A stretch of 42,374 nt of DNA from Bacteroidota bacterium (GCA_051747665.1 JBNJGK010000006.1:1-42374), one strand, 5' to 3'; counted from the stretch's first letter, positions 1 to 9,579 are shown. The notes: generated by a model not told the origin, from the sequence alone. Made by a program: numbers and translations.

Positions 1-41
1 AAATGGGTCCTTATACTTTAAAACGTGAGATAAAATACTAA
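1..41 (+). CDS. Possible 3' end of a gene entering from the left edge (...MGPYTLKREIKY*)
   Basis: Open frame ends at TAA 39-41, just before a hairpin followed by a T-tract; too short to identify. Confidence 0.3.
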   Translation, partial: MGPYTLKREIKY

Positions 42-65
42 AAGCGGTTTAAATCGCCACAATTG

Positions 66-110
66 AAACCGGAGCGTCTGATTAAGAGGCTCCGGTTTTG
101 TTATTTTTTT
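66..110. terminator. Intrinsic terminator hairpin between the left-edge gene and the convergent DUF3857 gene
   Basis: Perfect 10-bp stem AAACCGGAGC (66-75) / GCTCCGGTTT (89-98), followed by a T-rich tract on +. Confidence 0.7.
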
Positions 111-117
111 AGCATAA

Positions 118-2097
118 TTACTCTTTCTTCTTCAGCACAATCTTTTCATTGCCCTTTTTTACAACGACTTTGTAAAAGTTTTTCAGATGCCTGAAATCCT
201 TGGCAGGATAAACAGGTTTTTTAAAAACATAGTCGCAGATCAAGTTGATTTCATCTTCCTGTACTAAAACCTGATATATGAGCTTATATCGTTTTTCGTC
301 AATTTTCTTCATCAGTGGAAGGTGGTCTGCCTCGTATCCCGAAGGTATTTTGATGGTACTAATATACCTGTACATCTGCGGATATGTGAAATCAACAGGA
401 AAATTGCGGCTATCTTCCTTCAGCGGAGTTTCACTGATAACCTCTTCCATAAACGGATTAAAAAAGATTTTATCGTCTGTTTTTGTTGCTTCTGTCTCCA
501 GATGAAACTTTATCCGGTAGGGCTTATGAAGGTCTTTAAAATTTTCTGTTTGAATATTGGACACTGATGCCCCTTGGTGCTTTTCCTTCAACCATTCTGA
601 AATGTCAAGGGGATTGTCTGCGTATTTTTTCCGGGATTTTTCAGCTTCATATTCTGTTAGATCATAAGTGATATCAGATTTTACATGGCCATTGCTATCT
701 ATCACAATATTATATTGATTCTGAATCATTGTGGTCGAATGGTTTCTGAGGCTCAGCCATTCAAGATCGTTATTTTGAATCACTAACCCCCGGTTACTGA
801 TACACTCAGAAGGTATTAGGTAATAGGGAAGGTGAGGGCGAGTTGCGTCATAAAGACGATACTCTCCTTTAGCTTTAACAGCAATCAAAACATAATTAAA
901 CATGTGAATAAAGGGATACTTTGTGGAAATCTTTCCATGATCACGGGTGCTAATCATAACAGGGTGCACATCAAAACCGGCTTCTTTTAAAAGTCCGGCA
1001 GTAAACAAGTTAATTTCTGCTGTATTTCCTGTTTTCGCTTTTATAAACTCTTTTACTGTTCGATCGGTTAACTTGCCATAGTAACCATTCCATCTGAAAT
1101 ATTGCTTGGTGAATTCAATAATGTGCTTGATTTTCGTCTCATTACTCAAACCTTTAAGGTTTTTAAAATCAAATACCTTATCGCCCTTTCTTTGACTCTT
1201 CTTAAGGAATTTCCCGAAATCATTTCTTCCAAGGAGTTCATCAAGCAGATTTTCCCAGGTAGTTACTACCTCAATTTCAGTTCCACGGTAGGTAAAATAC
1301 TTGTGCAGTTGAAATTCAATCCTCATTAAATAATCATTCACGGATGTAAGCAAGGCCTCACTCTCAAATGCCGGGACATCTTTCATGCCGTACCTGTAGA
1401 CAACATCAGAATAGTAATTGCTTCCATATGGTATGTTGACTCGGTATTCCCGTCTGTTTCTACTTTCGAATTTTTTATAAATGTCCAGATTATCAACATT
1501 CTGAAGGTTCCAGGCATAGGAATAAAAAGGAACCATTTTTACTTGATATTGGCTGAAACTGACAGGAATCTCCCATTGAAAATTCCAACTTGGTAATCTG
1601 AATTTGTTTTCTATTTTTTTTCTAACACGGTATTCAATGATGGAACCCGGCTTTACATCGGGCATAGCAAAGCGCTTTGCGTGATAGTACTTATTAATTT
1701 CAGCATCGAAAATATTTTCTTTTTCAAGCTCTTTTACAGATATCTGGTCGTTATCAAGGTTGTAAGTTACTGCTTTTATGCTTTCTATCTCTTCATCCTG
1801 AGATCCAAAAATATAATACGGCACTTCAACTTGGGCATAGTTTAGTCCTGACTCATCATAAATTTTAATTCTTGTAACTCTTTCATAAATAATATCATAT
1901 GAATTTCCGGATTCAATAAAGCGCGATTGACCCATGTCGAAAAGCACTGCCGCTCCGGCATCTTTGTCATCAGGGTGGCTCTCTTGCTTCAGCATTTTTT
2001 TTGTTACAGATTTTGACTTATCCCACTTCCTGGGTTGGCCAAAAACGATGAGACTAGACAGGAAAAGAAAGATAATCAGGGTTTGTTTCATCATCAT
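118..2097 (-). CDS. DUF3857 / transglutaminase-like / DUF3858 exported protein, probably catalytically inactive
   Basis: Signal peptide; RIKIY..G and MPDVKPGSIIEY DUF3857 motifs; WNFQWEIPV; the transglutaminase triad region reads GNTAE / FNYV / YDAT, with Cys and His replaced. Confidence 0.85.
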   Translation of the reverse strand: MMMKQTLIIFLFLSSLIVFGQPRKWDKSKSVTKKMLKQESHPDDKDAGAAVLFDMGQSRFIESGNSYDIIYERVTRIKIYDESGLNYAQVEVPYYIFGSQDEEIESIKAVTYNLDNDQISVKELEKENIFDAEINKYYHAKRFAMPDVKPGSIIEYRVRKKIENKFRLPSWNFQWEIPVSFSQYQVKMVPFYSYAWNLQNVDNLDIYKKFESRNRREYRVNIPYGSNYYSDVVYRYGMKDVPAFESEALLTSVNDYLMRIEFQLHKYFTYRGTEIEVVTTWENLLDELLGRNDFGKFLKKSQRKGDKVFDFKNLKGLSNETKIKHIIEFTKQYFRWNGYYGKLTDRTVKEFIKAKTGNTAEINLFTAGLLKEAGFDVHPVMISTRDHGKISTKYPFIHMFNYVLIAVKAKGEYRLYDATRPHLPYYLIPSECISNRGLVIQNNDLEWLSLRNHSTTMIQNQYNIVIDSNGHVKSDITYDLTEYEAEKSRKKYADNPLDISEWLKEKHQGASVSNIQTENFKDLHKPYRIKFHLETEATKTDDKIFFNPFMEEVISETPLKEDSRNFPVDFTYPQMYRYISTIKIPSGYEADHLPLMKKIDEKRYKLIYQVLVQEDEINLICDYVFKKPVYPAKDFRHLKNFYKVVVKKGNEKIVLKKKE

Positions 2098-3987
2098 CTA
2101 ATTTTTATTGATTAAAAAAGTGTTTTTATTTTCAGAGGTTCGGACTTGTTCGATAAAGTCATGGAATCCGGCATAATCAGCCAAATCAGCCTCGATGCCG
2201 TTTATAAGTAGTGATTTGATCACGAAAAGCTTGTTTTGCTTTTGGTAAACCTGTTTACTAAATTTTCCGTATTGATTATCAATATACTCGTTAACTATTT
2301 CCCTGTTGGATTTCAATTCAGCAGGGAGCTCAAAAACCAAAGAATCTCTTTTGTGAATAGGAAAAGGTATATTAAGAGGCAGTTCTCTGAGATGCGTCTT
2401 TTTAAAATAGGGGAGATCAAAAGAAAAGGTTTTTACAAGCAAATCTTCCCCAACCTTTTCATAGATTTGATCAGAATGAGTTTGGTAAATCAAATCAATA
2501 AATAACGAATCGCGGTCCTGTTGGTAGATGGAATACGACTTTAGTTCCATCCCGGTTTCAACAAAATAGTCGATTACATATTCTTTCCGGTTTCGCTTTG
2601 ATACTTGATTACCGATGCTTGTCAGCATCTCAAACTTTTCGCCTCTCAGCCTTTTACTTATTTTTGCATCAGCCTTCCCGGAATTGCGATAATAAACCTC
2701 CGCAGTTCGTTCATCCATAACGTCTGAAGGAGATAAAGCCGGAGTTTTAACAAAGTGACTATCTTCAGGTTTCAGTACAAAAGCATTTCTGTTTTGTGTG
2801 AAAGTGCCCAGATAATTGAAAGGCCCCGATGAGGTACAGTCAAGCCACACTGTATCTTTTCTCATGGGTACCATCAAAATGATATGATTAAACTGTGAAC
2901 CCAGAAATGACTTTTCTACCTTGTTTATCTGTGAACCTGCATAAACATTGGAATAAAATGAATCTATTCCGGCATATTTCAAAACTGCTTTAAAATAATT
3001 GGTTAAGGCTTTGCAATCACCATAGCGATTTTTGCAAACATACGATGCCGGATAGGGAACTAAACCACCGGTACCAATGGAGATATTAACATAGCGCGTG
3101 TTATCCTGCATATAGTGATAAAGTACTTTCAGCTTCCTGAGCTTTGATTCTTTATTGCGAATCAGTTCATCTATTTTGTCTTTTTCTTCTTTTGTTAACT
3201 CTTCTAAATCGTTCATTATACGAAGTTGCCATTCTCCAAAACCAGACCAACTCTCAAAATTTCCATATTCTTCGAATTCAAACTTTACGGGTGAGACTTT
3301 TACGTATGGAACAATTTTATCCAGAGATGGGGTAAATGCTTCGTTAGAAATTTGCCTATCGTAATTAGCTGCCCACTTATAAGTTACCTTTTCATTATCA
3401 GCAGTTTGCTGATGTTCAAGCATGTTCTGATAAATATTTAAAGGCAAATTCGTGTTGGTGGTAATCGTAAGCAACGCGCTCCTCGTTGGGATATCAAAAT
3501 ACAAAACAGGTGTCCAGTTGGTAATATGCAAAAACTCCTTTGCAATCTGTTTATAACTGTATCGGATATAATACGGATAATCATTATGTTTAAACTCAAA
3601 TTCCGATACCGTATGATCCTCATAAAGCGAAAAACCAGTTATCAGACTTGATGTTTCAATATCTTTTTTCCGAAGTTTTTGCAGTCTTTCTCTATTGCTG
3701 TTTAGCAATTCTCCTTTGATTTTAACTGTTGATGAAGTGCCACTATTGGGTATTTGTACCTCTGCATATTTGTCACCAAATCGATTATTAATTTTTATTT
3801 CAACGAAGTATTCACTTGTAAGCTTACCTTCTTTTACCTCTATTTTTTCTTCAAGCATAACGACTTCAGCTTTAGGAGGTTGTCCAAAACTCCAGGAAAC
3901 AAACAAGATCATGATAGTTAGAAGAATATAGTGCTTCTGCTTTACTCTAAAGGGATTCGTTTTAAAAGGGTATATAAAAAGGTTCAA
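2098..3987 (-). CDS. DUF3857 + transglutaminase-like (papain-fold) exported protein with intact Cys-His-Asp triad
   Basis: TRYVNISIGTGG, YGDCKAL (Cys), QFNHIIL (His), WLDCT (Asp); hydrophobic N-terminal signal; TTG start uncertain. Confidence 0.85.
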   Translation of the reverse strand: MNLFIYPFKTNPFRVKQKHYILLTIMILFVSWSFGQPPKAEVVMLEEKIEVKEGKLTSEYFVEIKINNRFGDKYAEVQIPNSGTSSTVKIKGELLNSNRERLQKLRKKDIETSSLITGFSLYEDHTVSEFEFKHNDYPYYIRYSYKQIAKEFLHITNWTPVLYFDIPTRSALLTITTNTNLPLNIYQNMLEHQQTADNEKVTYKWAANYDRQISNEAFTPSLDKIVPYVKVSPVKFEFEEYGNFESWSGFGEWQLRIMNDLEELTKEEKDKIDELIRNKESKLRKLKVLYHYMQDNTRYVNISIGTGGLVPYPASYVCKNRYGDCKALTNYFKAVLKYAGIDSFYSNVYAGSQINKVEKSFLGSQFNHIILMVPMRKDTVWLDCTSSGPFNYLGTFTQNRNAFVLKPEDSHFVKTPALSPSDVMDERTAEVYYRNSGKADAKISKRLRGEKFEMLTSIGNQVSKRNRKEYVIDYFVETGMELKSYSIYQQDRDSLFIDLIYQTHSDQIYEKVGEDLLVKTFSFDLPYFKKTHLRELPLNIPFPIHKRDSLVFELPAELKSNREIVNEYIDNQYGKFSKQVYQKQNKLFVIKSLLINGIEADLADYAGFHDFIEQVRTSENKNTFLINKN

Positions 3988-4033
3988 TTAGCAAAGTCTT
4001 TATTAAGTTTAGTTTTGTTGAACTTGACAGATC

Positions 4034-4041
4034 CAAAAATA
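4034..4041 (-). promoter_or_regulatory. Bacteroidota -7 promoter element for the DUF3857 pair
   Basis: TATTTTTG on the minus strand matches TAnnTTTG, about 46 nt upstream of the ORF. Confidence 0.5.
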
Positions 4042-4268
4042 CAAAATAAAATGTAAGAACTGATCTAAATAAGAATAATCAAATTCCAATTTGATGTGCA
4101 AATTGTCTTTCTTTAAATTCTAAAATGAAGCATATAAGAACCCTCTCACAGCAAACACATCCAAACCGGCTCTAATGACTAATACTATTCATAATAAACC
4201 ATGATTTGGAATAGAGCCACTCTTTTTAGATTCTTTACCGAAACAAATTATGTTGATTCAATAAAACA

Positions 4269-5258
4269 CTATTTCACAAACCTGGAAGTTGTAATAATAT
4301 TTTGGTTGGCTAAACCCTGAATAACATAAACACCTTCCGGCAAAGCTGAGACATCCATTTGCAGGGCATTTACTCCCGGACTAACTTTTCTGGTTAGCAA
4401 AGTCTTTCCGGAAATATTGCTGATGCGGATTTCATCCGGGAATTTATCCGCAAAAGTGATCTGTAAAACATCCTTTGCAGGATTGGGATAAACTTTCAAA
4501 GCGTTTTTGTTTTGAGGATCAATGCTTGTGGCAAAAAAGTCATCGTACATCTGTTGCAGCACCTCAATCGGCTCAATTCCGTCATCGGTAGCGCCTACCC
4601 ACAAGTCCAGCCAAAAGTCTTCCGGATCGTCATCAGGCATTGCTACTCTGAGGAATGAAGACAATGAACTCGTTCCTTCGCTGGTGCATCGTGTGTCTGC
4701 TCCCACCATATTGGCGCCTTGCATGGCAGCCATCAGTTTAGCGTGCAGCGGCCCCTCGGTTTCATTGAAGCCTTCTTCCATGTTATCCAACACTTCCTGC
4801 CCCAGCAGAATATTTCCCTGTATTGCATAATTCGGGCCTAAGACGTGGTTCTTATAATCATCACAGTTATTTCCGGTAAAACCGGCACTGCGCGGACTGC
4901 CTTCATTGTAATCCACAATTCCATATTGACGTAAAGAAGGATAACCCTGAACATCGTTTTCCACCAGCCAATCGATGATTTCCTGAGGAGAGTATCCATC
5001 CTGCATCAGGTCATGTGCATTTTCCTGGTTTGTTTCCTGGTAAAATGCTTGCGTGTGGATGGCTCCCGTACCCGGTATGATATCGCTGATAATCATGGCG
5101 CCCAGGCTGCCCGGCCATGTGATTGTATCGCCGCAGGTAGCCCCGGCGCTGCCTATTTCTCCGCTTACCGAGTCTACGGCTACAATAGAAAATGTATGTT
5201 GGGTTTTCGCTATCGTAAAAGCAAATATCAAAAGGGAAAAGAGTAAGGTTTTTTTCAT
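4269..5258 (-). CDS. DUF1028 (Ntn-hydrolase fold) protein with a T9SS type A C-terminal sorting domain
   Basis: Signal peptide then HTFSIVAVD (N-terminal Thr nucleophile pattern), G.GAIHTQA, RQYGIVD, YAIQGNIL, GADTRC; C-terminal KVYPNPA...LPEGVYVI...RFVK. Confidence 0.85.
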   Translation of the reverse strand: MKKTLLFSLLIFAFTIAKTQHTFSIVAVDSVSGEIGSAGATCGDTITWPGSLGAMIISDIIPGTGAIHTQAFYQETNQENAHDLMQDGYSPQEIIDWLVENDVQGYPSLRQYGIVDYNEGSPRSAGFTGNNCDDYKNHVLGPNYAIQGNILLGQEVLDNMEEGFNETEGPLHAKLMAAMQGANMVGADTRCTSEGTSSLSSFLRVAMPDDDPEDFWLDLWVGATDDGIEPIEVLQQMYDDFFATSIDPQNKNALKVYPNPAKDVLQITFADKFPDEIRISNISGKTLLTRKVSPGVNALQMDVSALPEGVYVIQGLANQNIITTSRFVK

Positions 5259-5287
5259 AATGATTTCATTTTAGCTGATAAATATAC

Positions 5288-5325
5288 AAAAAAACGCACC
5301 TGCCACTCTTTAGTGTTAGGTGCGT
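5288..5325 (-). terminator. Intrinsic terminator of the acyl ligase/ACP/acyltransferase gene
   Basis: Stem ACGCACCT (5294-5301) / AGGTGCGT (5318-5325); the A-run 5288-5294 gives a U-tract on the minus strand. Confidence 0.6.
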
Positions 5326-5355
5326 GAGATTTTTTAATTGGTCGCCGCATAATTA

Positions 5356-7818
5356 TTAAACGGCAGCTTCCAGAATACGTTTTCTTACAGCCTGGTTCAG
5401 CGATTTATAATCGTGGTTTTGAGGATAAACCGGCTGTTTGAAATCGATATGTACCTTGGTGAAAGGCTTCGGGAATTTGGCTCCTCTCGGTAGCGCATTA
5501 TAGGCCCCATGGATAGCTACCGGAACAACCGGAACTTTCAGTTCCCGGCTAAGTATGGCAAACATATCCTTAAATGGCCCCAGGTTACCTGTTTGTGTTC
5601 GCGTGCCTTCAGGGAAAATGATAATGTTTTTATTCTGCTTTAGGGCGGCGGCCAATTTCTGGATAGATGACTTCAATTCATTATCCACATCTACAATAAC
5701 GATGTTGTTGTTTTTTGCAATGTATTGCAGGAACTTATTGTTCAGGTGTTTTTTCTTAGCGTAAAATACCGTGTTTTTATACACTTTTCGTTTCAATAGC
5801 GAAGCTACAAAGAACCCGTCGAAAAAGCTTTGATGGTTTGGAGCAATAATGCAGGCTTCTTTGGGCAGGTTATGCATACCGGAATAAGTCAGCCTGAAAT
5901 ATACTTTGAAAAAGTATTTTGAAAATTTCATAACCATTTGTCCGAAGAAAGAACTTTTCGGCAAGGAAACCGGTTTATGCTCTTTCAGAATATCCGACCA
6001 GTTGATGTTTTCAATGCTGAATTTGCTTTTCTTTTCCTGGATGTATTCAGCAAGTTTTGCTACTGATGGAAAGTGCATGAACTTTTCTGTGTTAATTTTA
6101 ACACCGAAAGAGTTCTCCAAAAAGGTTTGAAGGCTCACTTTGTCAAGCGAATCCATGCCAATATCAAACTCAAGGTGATCTTCCGGGCTTACCTCAATGG
6201 ATTTCTGATTTTCAATAAAGCTTCTGATAACCTTCAGCTCTTCAAAATCCGCTTGCTGAGAAGAGCTGACCTTTGGGGTTGCAGGAGCGGGTGTATGTAA
6301 TAAGTTCTCAAGCTTAAAGCGACGCAGTTTACCCAACCGTGTGCGTGGCAATTCCTGCTCAATAATCGTAAATTTCCCAATGCGTTTATAGCTTGCAACC
6401 AGGCTGTTATACTTTATCTTCAGTTGTTTCCTGAAAAACTCCTCCATCAGCTCTTTCGTTTTGTCTTTGAAAAACTGAGCATTTGGTCGAATTAACGCAT
6501 GCAAACGGTCGTTATGCTGCAAAACGGCTACTTCTTCTAGGCCGTCTACTTTTTCTTCAATATCTGCTTCCAGGTAATTCGGATTGATATTCTTTCCGCT
6601 GGAAAGGACAATAATTTCCTTTTTTCTTCCGGTGATATACAGGTATTCATTTTTATCTACATAGCCTAAATCTCCTGTGTACAGGCGGCCTTCTTTTAAA
6701 ACTTCATTTGTTTCATCCGGCCTTTTATAATATCCTTTCATGATATTATCGCCCTTGGCGGTAATTTCACCATCAATGATCTCCACATTTACGCCAGGCA
6801 TAAGCTGGCCGGCAGCGCCTATTTTCCACTTACCCGGGCGGGTGAATGAAATCATCGGTGAGGATTCTGTCATTCCATATCCTTCCAGCATCTCAAAACC
6901 CAGTGTTTTATAATCCTTGGCTACTTCGGGGTCTAATGGAGCACCACCGCAAACCATGTATTTTAACTCACCGCCGAACTTTTTATGGATGGTATTGAAG
7001 ATTCGTTTTGAAAACGCTCTTGACTGGAAAGTTCGCGCAACAGCAAACATGGCTTTAGCTGCTTTGTTGGCTTTAATTTTATCCATGATTCCTTTTCGGA
7101 TCATGCTGTAAAGTCGCGGAACACCAATGATGATAGTTACATGATGTTTTTGTAAAGTACCGATGATGTGCTCATTGGTCATTGCCGGAGACATAACAGA
7201 GGTAGCGCCTGCATACATTACTACTATCAACGAACCTAAAAGCGGGAAAATATGATGGAGCGGTAATAGTATCATAACTCTTTCTCCGGGCTTGTAGATA
7301 GGAATGTCATGCGAAACGGATTTCATGTTGGCATACAGGTTTTTGTATGTCAGCATAACGCCTTTGGGGCTGCCGGTAGTCCCTGACGTATATATGATTA
7401 GGGCAGTATCATCCTCGTTTTTAGGGATAATATCAGCCGGTGTTTCTTCCGCTTCAATATGACCTAAATCGTCAAGTAAAAATATTTCAGGTTCATAGTT
7501 GATTGATTTCAGTGCTTCACGAGTAACGGATTCTTTTTCCTTAGAATAAAAAATCACGGCGGGCTTGCTGTCATTAGCTATGTAAGCTATTTCTGAAGCT
7601 GATGACATTGGATCAGCAGGAACTACCGTTGCGGAAACATTCCATGCACCATAAAAAGCAAAAATCCATTCCGGCCTGTTTTCTGAAAATATCATCACCT
7701 TTTCGGGATGCAGATGAGCAATTTTTTCACTGTAAGCGCCTGCATGGCGTAAGATATTCTCAAAAGAATAATGCGAATCTTTAAAAATGAGTGCCGTACC
7801 CTGTTTGTTTCTTAACAT
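5356..7818 (-). CDS. Trifunctional long-chain acyl-CoA/ACP ligase (AMP-binding) - acyl carrier domain - PlsC-type acyltransferase fusion
   Basis: YTSGTTGSPKG and EGYGMTE adenylation motifs, TGDLG, GRKKE; DIGMDSLD phosphopantetheine site; NHQSFFD (HX4D) and FPEGTR PlsC motifs. Confidence 0.9.
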   Translation of the reverse strand: MLRNKQGTALIFKDSHYSFENILRHAGAYSEKIAHLHPEKVMIFSENRPEWIFAFYGAWNVSATVVPADPMSSASEIAYIANDSKPAVIFYSKEKESVTREALKSINYEPEIFLLDDLGHIEAEETPADIIPKNEDDTALIIYTSGTTGSPKGVMLTYKNLYANMKSVSHDIPIYKPGERVMILLPLHHIFPLLGSLIVVMYAGATSVMSPAMTNEHIIGTLQKHHVTIIIGVPRLYSMIRKGIMDKIKANKAAKAMFAVARTFQSRAFSKRIFNTIHKKFGGELKYMVCGGAPLDPEVAKDYKTLGFEMLEGYGMTESSPMISFTRPGKWKIGAAGQLMPGVNVEIIDGEITAKGDNIMKGYYKRPDETNEVLKEGRLYTGDLGYVDKNEYLYITGRKKEIIVLSSGKNINPNYLEADIEEKVDGLEEVAVLQHNDRLHALIRPNAQFFKDKTKELMEEFFRKQLKIKYNSLVASYKRIGKFTIIEQELPRTRLGKLRRFKLENLLHTPAPATPKVSSSQQADFEELKVIRSFIENQKSIEVSPEDHLEFDIGMDSLDKVSLQTFLENSFGVKINTEKFMHFPSVAKLAEYIQEKKSKFSIENINWSDILKEHKPVSLPKSSFFGQMVMKFSKYFFKVYFRLTYSGMHNLPKEACIIAPNHQSFFDGFFVASLLKRKVYKNTVFYAKKKHLNNKFLQYIAKNNNIVIVDVDNELKSSIQKLAAALKQNKNIIIFPEGTRTQTGNLGPFKDMFAILSRELKVPVVPVAIHGAYNALPRGAKFPKPFTKVHIDFKQPVYPQNHDYKSLNQAVRKRILEAAV

Positions 7819-7840
7819 CCTCGTGTATATTTGTGTGCAG

Positions 7841-7848
7841 CAAAAGTA
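7841..7848 (-). promoter_or_regulatory. -7 promoter element for the acyl ligase fusion gene
   Basis: TACTTTTG on the minus strand, 22 nt upstream of ATG 7818. Confidence 0.6.
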
Positions 7849-7956
7849 ATCAAATATCTATAACACAATATGTGGCAAATTGTTTTCGCTTTCAGCCAAT
7901 TAAGTAAGCTATCAGCCGATCATTTTCAATTTGTGATTGTTAAAAAAATAAAAAAG

Positions 7957-8778
7957 ATGGATAAAAAGAGTTTTTTATTATGGATTTTTTTTCCTGTCGT
8001 GATTTTAGTACAGGGACAAGGAGTGACAGAAACCAAAGCCATGTACAGCGAGTCATTGAATGATTCCCTGAACTATAATATTTATTTGCCGGATGAAGGG
8101 GTAAAGCCTGAAGGTGTTTTATACCTTTTGCATGGTTATACCGGAGACCATACCGATTGGGCTGAGAAAGGCCAGGTTACACAAACCATGAATGATTTGA
8201 TAAGCAGTAATGATGCGATTCCTATGATTGTAGTGATGCCTGATGCCGGAAACAGTTGGTATGTTAATTCTGACCCGGAAATTAGTTGGGGATTTTATGA
8301 GGATGCTCTTATGAAGGATTTATGGAACCATATTTATGACTCATATGATTTTAAAGATGAAAAACCATCTGCTTTCCTTGCAGGTCTTTCGATGGGTGGT
8401 TACGGCGCGTTGCATTTCGCTTTTAAATATCCTGAAAAGTTTCATGCGGCTGCTTCCCTGAGTGGAGCTTTTATGCCAGAACTGCCTGAGGATAGTGATA
8501 TCCTTGAAAAAACATTTGGAGACCCGCCAGACCCGAAAAAGTATCAGCAGGAAAACCCGTTTGAGCTGGCAGTTTCTGATTCGCTGAAGCAAATGCCTGT
8601 GTACATAACTTGTGGAGATGACGACCTGAGGCTGTACAAATATTCTGTTGAGATGTATGATACATTAATTGAAAAAGGTTATCCGGCTGAGCTTAGAATC
8701 ACAGACGGTGCGCATACCTGGAAAGTATGGAGACGGGAGTTACCAAAAGTTTTGCGCTTTTTCCATGTCTATCAGTAA
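7957..8778 (+). CDS. Exported alpha/beta-hydrolase esterase (CE1 / S-formylglutathione hydrolase-like family)
   Basis: YLLHG, IVVMPD, GLSMGG nucleophile elbow, CGDDD, GAHTW; ATG 7957 follows an A-rich run and yields a clean signal peptide (ORF track start 7870 is probably too long). Confidence 0.85.
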   Translation: MDKKSFLLWIFFPVVILVQGQGVTETKAMYSESLNDSLNYNIYLPDEGVKPEGVLYLLHGYTGDHTDWAEKGQVTQTMNDLISSNDAIPMIVVMPDAGNSWYVNSDPEISWGFYEDALMKDLWNHIYDSYDFKDEKPSAFLAGLSMGGYGALHFAFKYPEKFHAAASLSGAFMPELPEDSDILEKTFGDPPDPKKYQQENPFELAVSDSLKQMPVYITCGDDDLRLYKYSVEMYDTLIEKGYPAELRITDGAHTWKVWRRELPKVLRFFHVYQ

Positions 8779-8849
8779 AAGATTGCCTTTGCTTGGTCCA
8801 TGTTTCGCGCTATAAAAGCTTAATTTTTTTATGCTAGTCAGACGAGGGT

Positions 8850-9185
8850 TTATTTACGGGCGCAGCGCATGCAATAGAGGCTTTCCGGCATTGCCATCAG
8901 CCTTTCAGTTGGTATTGTTGCTGCGCAGCTTTTGCATTTCCCGAAATCCGGTGTTTCAATCCGCGCAAGCGCTTCTTCAATATCTCTGAGTTTATCGCGT
9001 GCATTGGCAAGGGCAGCTTCATTCACTCCTTTGTTGTTAATGGCATCCATGCGGCTAACTCTCCCGATAGCGCAATCGGGCGCTACCGGAGCAGTGTCTT
9101 CGGTAAGCTGTTCTACCCTCCGGATAGTTCTCTTATAACTGTTTTTCAATTTATTCTGAATGAATACTTTCTGTTTTTCTTCCAT
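8850..9185 (-). CDS. TraR/DksA family C4 zinc-finger protein
   Basis: ALARI...FGKCKSC...IPTERLMAMPESLYCMRC; coiled-coil N-terminal half. Confidence 0.85.
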   Translation of the reverse strand: MEEKQKVFIQNKLKNSYKRTIRRVEQLTEDTAPVAPDCAIGRVSRMDAINNKGVNEAALANARDKLRDIEEALARIETPDFGKCKSCAATIPTERLMAMPESLYCMRCARK

Positions 9186-9189
9186 ATAT

Positions 9190-9423
9190 TTATCCGTTTA
9201 GAAAGCTTAAAATGCCGTAAACAACAAAAGCTACTCCAAAAGTAAGAAATACCACACGCACATCAAGACCAAACTGCTTCTTAAACTTTTTTTGAAAGTA
9301 AACCCACTGCAGGGCAGAAACTTTCCCTTCATACTCTTCGATGGTTTTTTCTGCACCCTCTTCACCCAGAAGCTTGACCAACTCACGGTTCAGCTCTTCA
9401 GGAATGTTATATTTTTTGCTCAT
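9190..9423 (-). CDS. Small hypothetical protein with a C-terminal transmembrane helix
   Basis: 77-aa ORF with ATG after an A-rich leader, 4 nt upstream of the TraR/DksA gene; hydrophobic tail VVFLTFGVAFVVYGILSFL. Confidence 0.6.
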   Translation of the reverse strand: MSKKYNIPEELNRELVKLLGEEGAEKTIEEYEGKVSALQWVYFQKKFKKQFGLDVRVVFLTFGVAFVVYGILSFLNG

Positions 9424-9507
9424 TTATTTGTAGTTTATGCGTTTAATTACATGGTAAATAATATATTCCATAATTACGAATTAATGCGAAACCTGCGGTT
9501 TTCTTGA

Positions 9508-9535
9508 TGCCAACTGCAGAATGCCAACTGCCAAC
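9508..9535. repeat. Degenerate 7-bp tandem repeat (TGCCAAC x4)
   Basis: TGCCAAC TGCAGAA TGCCAAC TGCCAAC in the gap downstream of pncA. Confidence 0.6.
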
Positions 9536-9579
9536 TTAACTTAGAAACCCACAAACATATAAGCTTAAAAACCAGCTTC

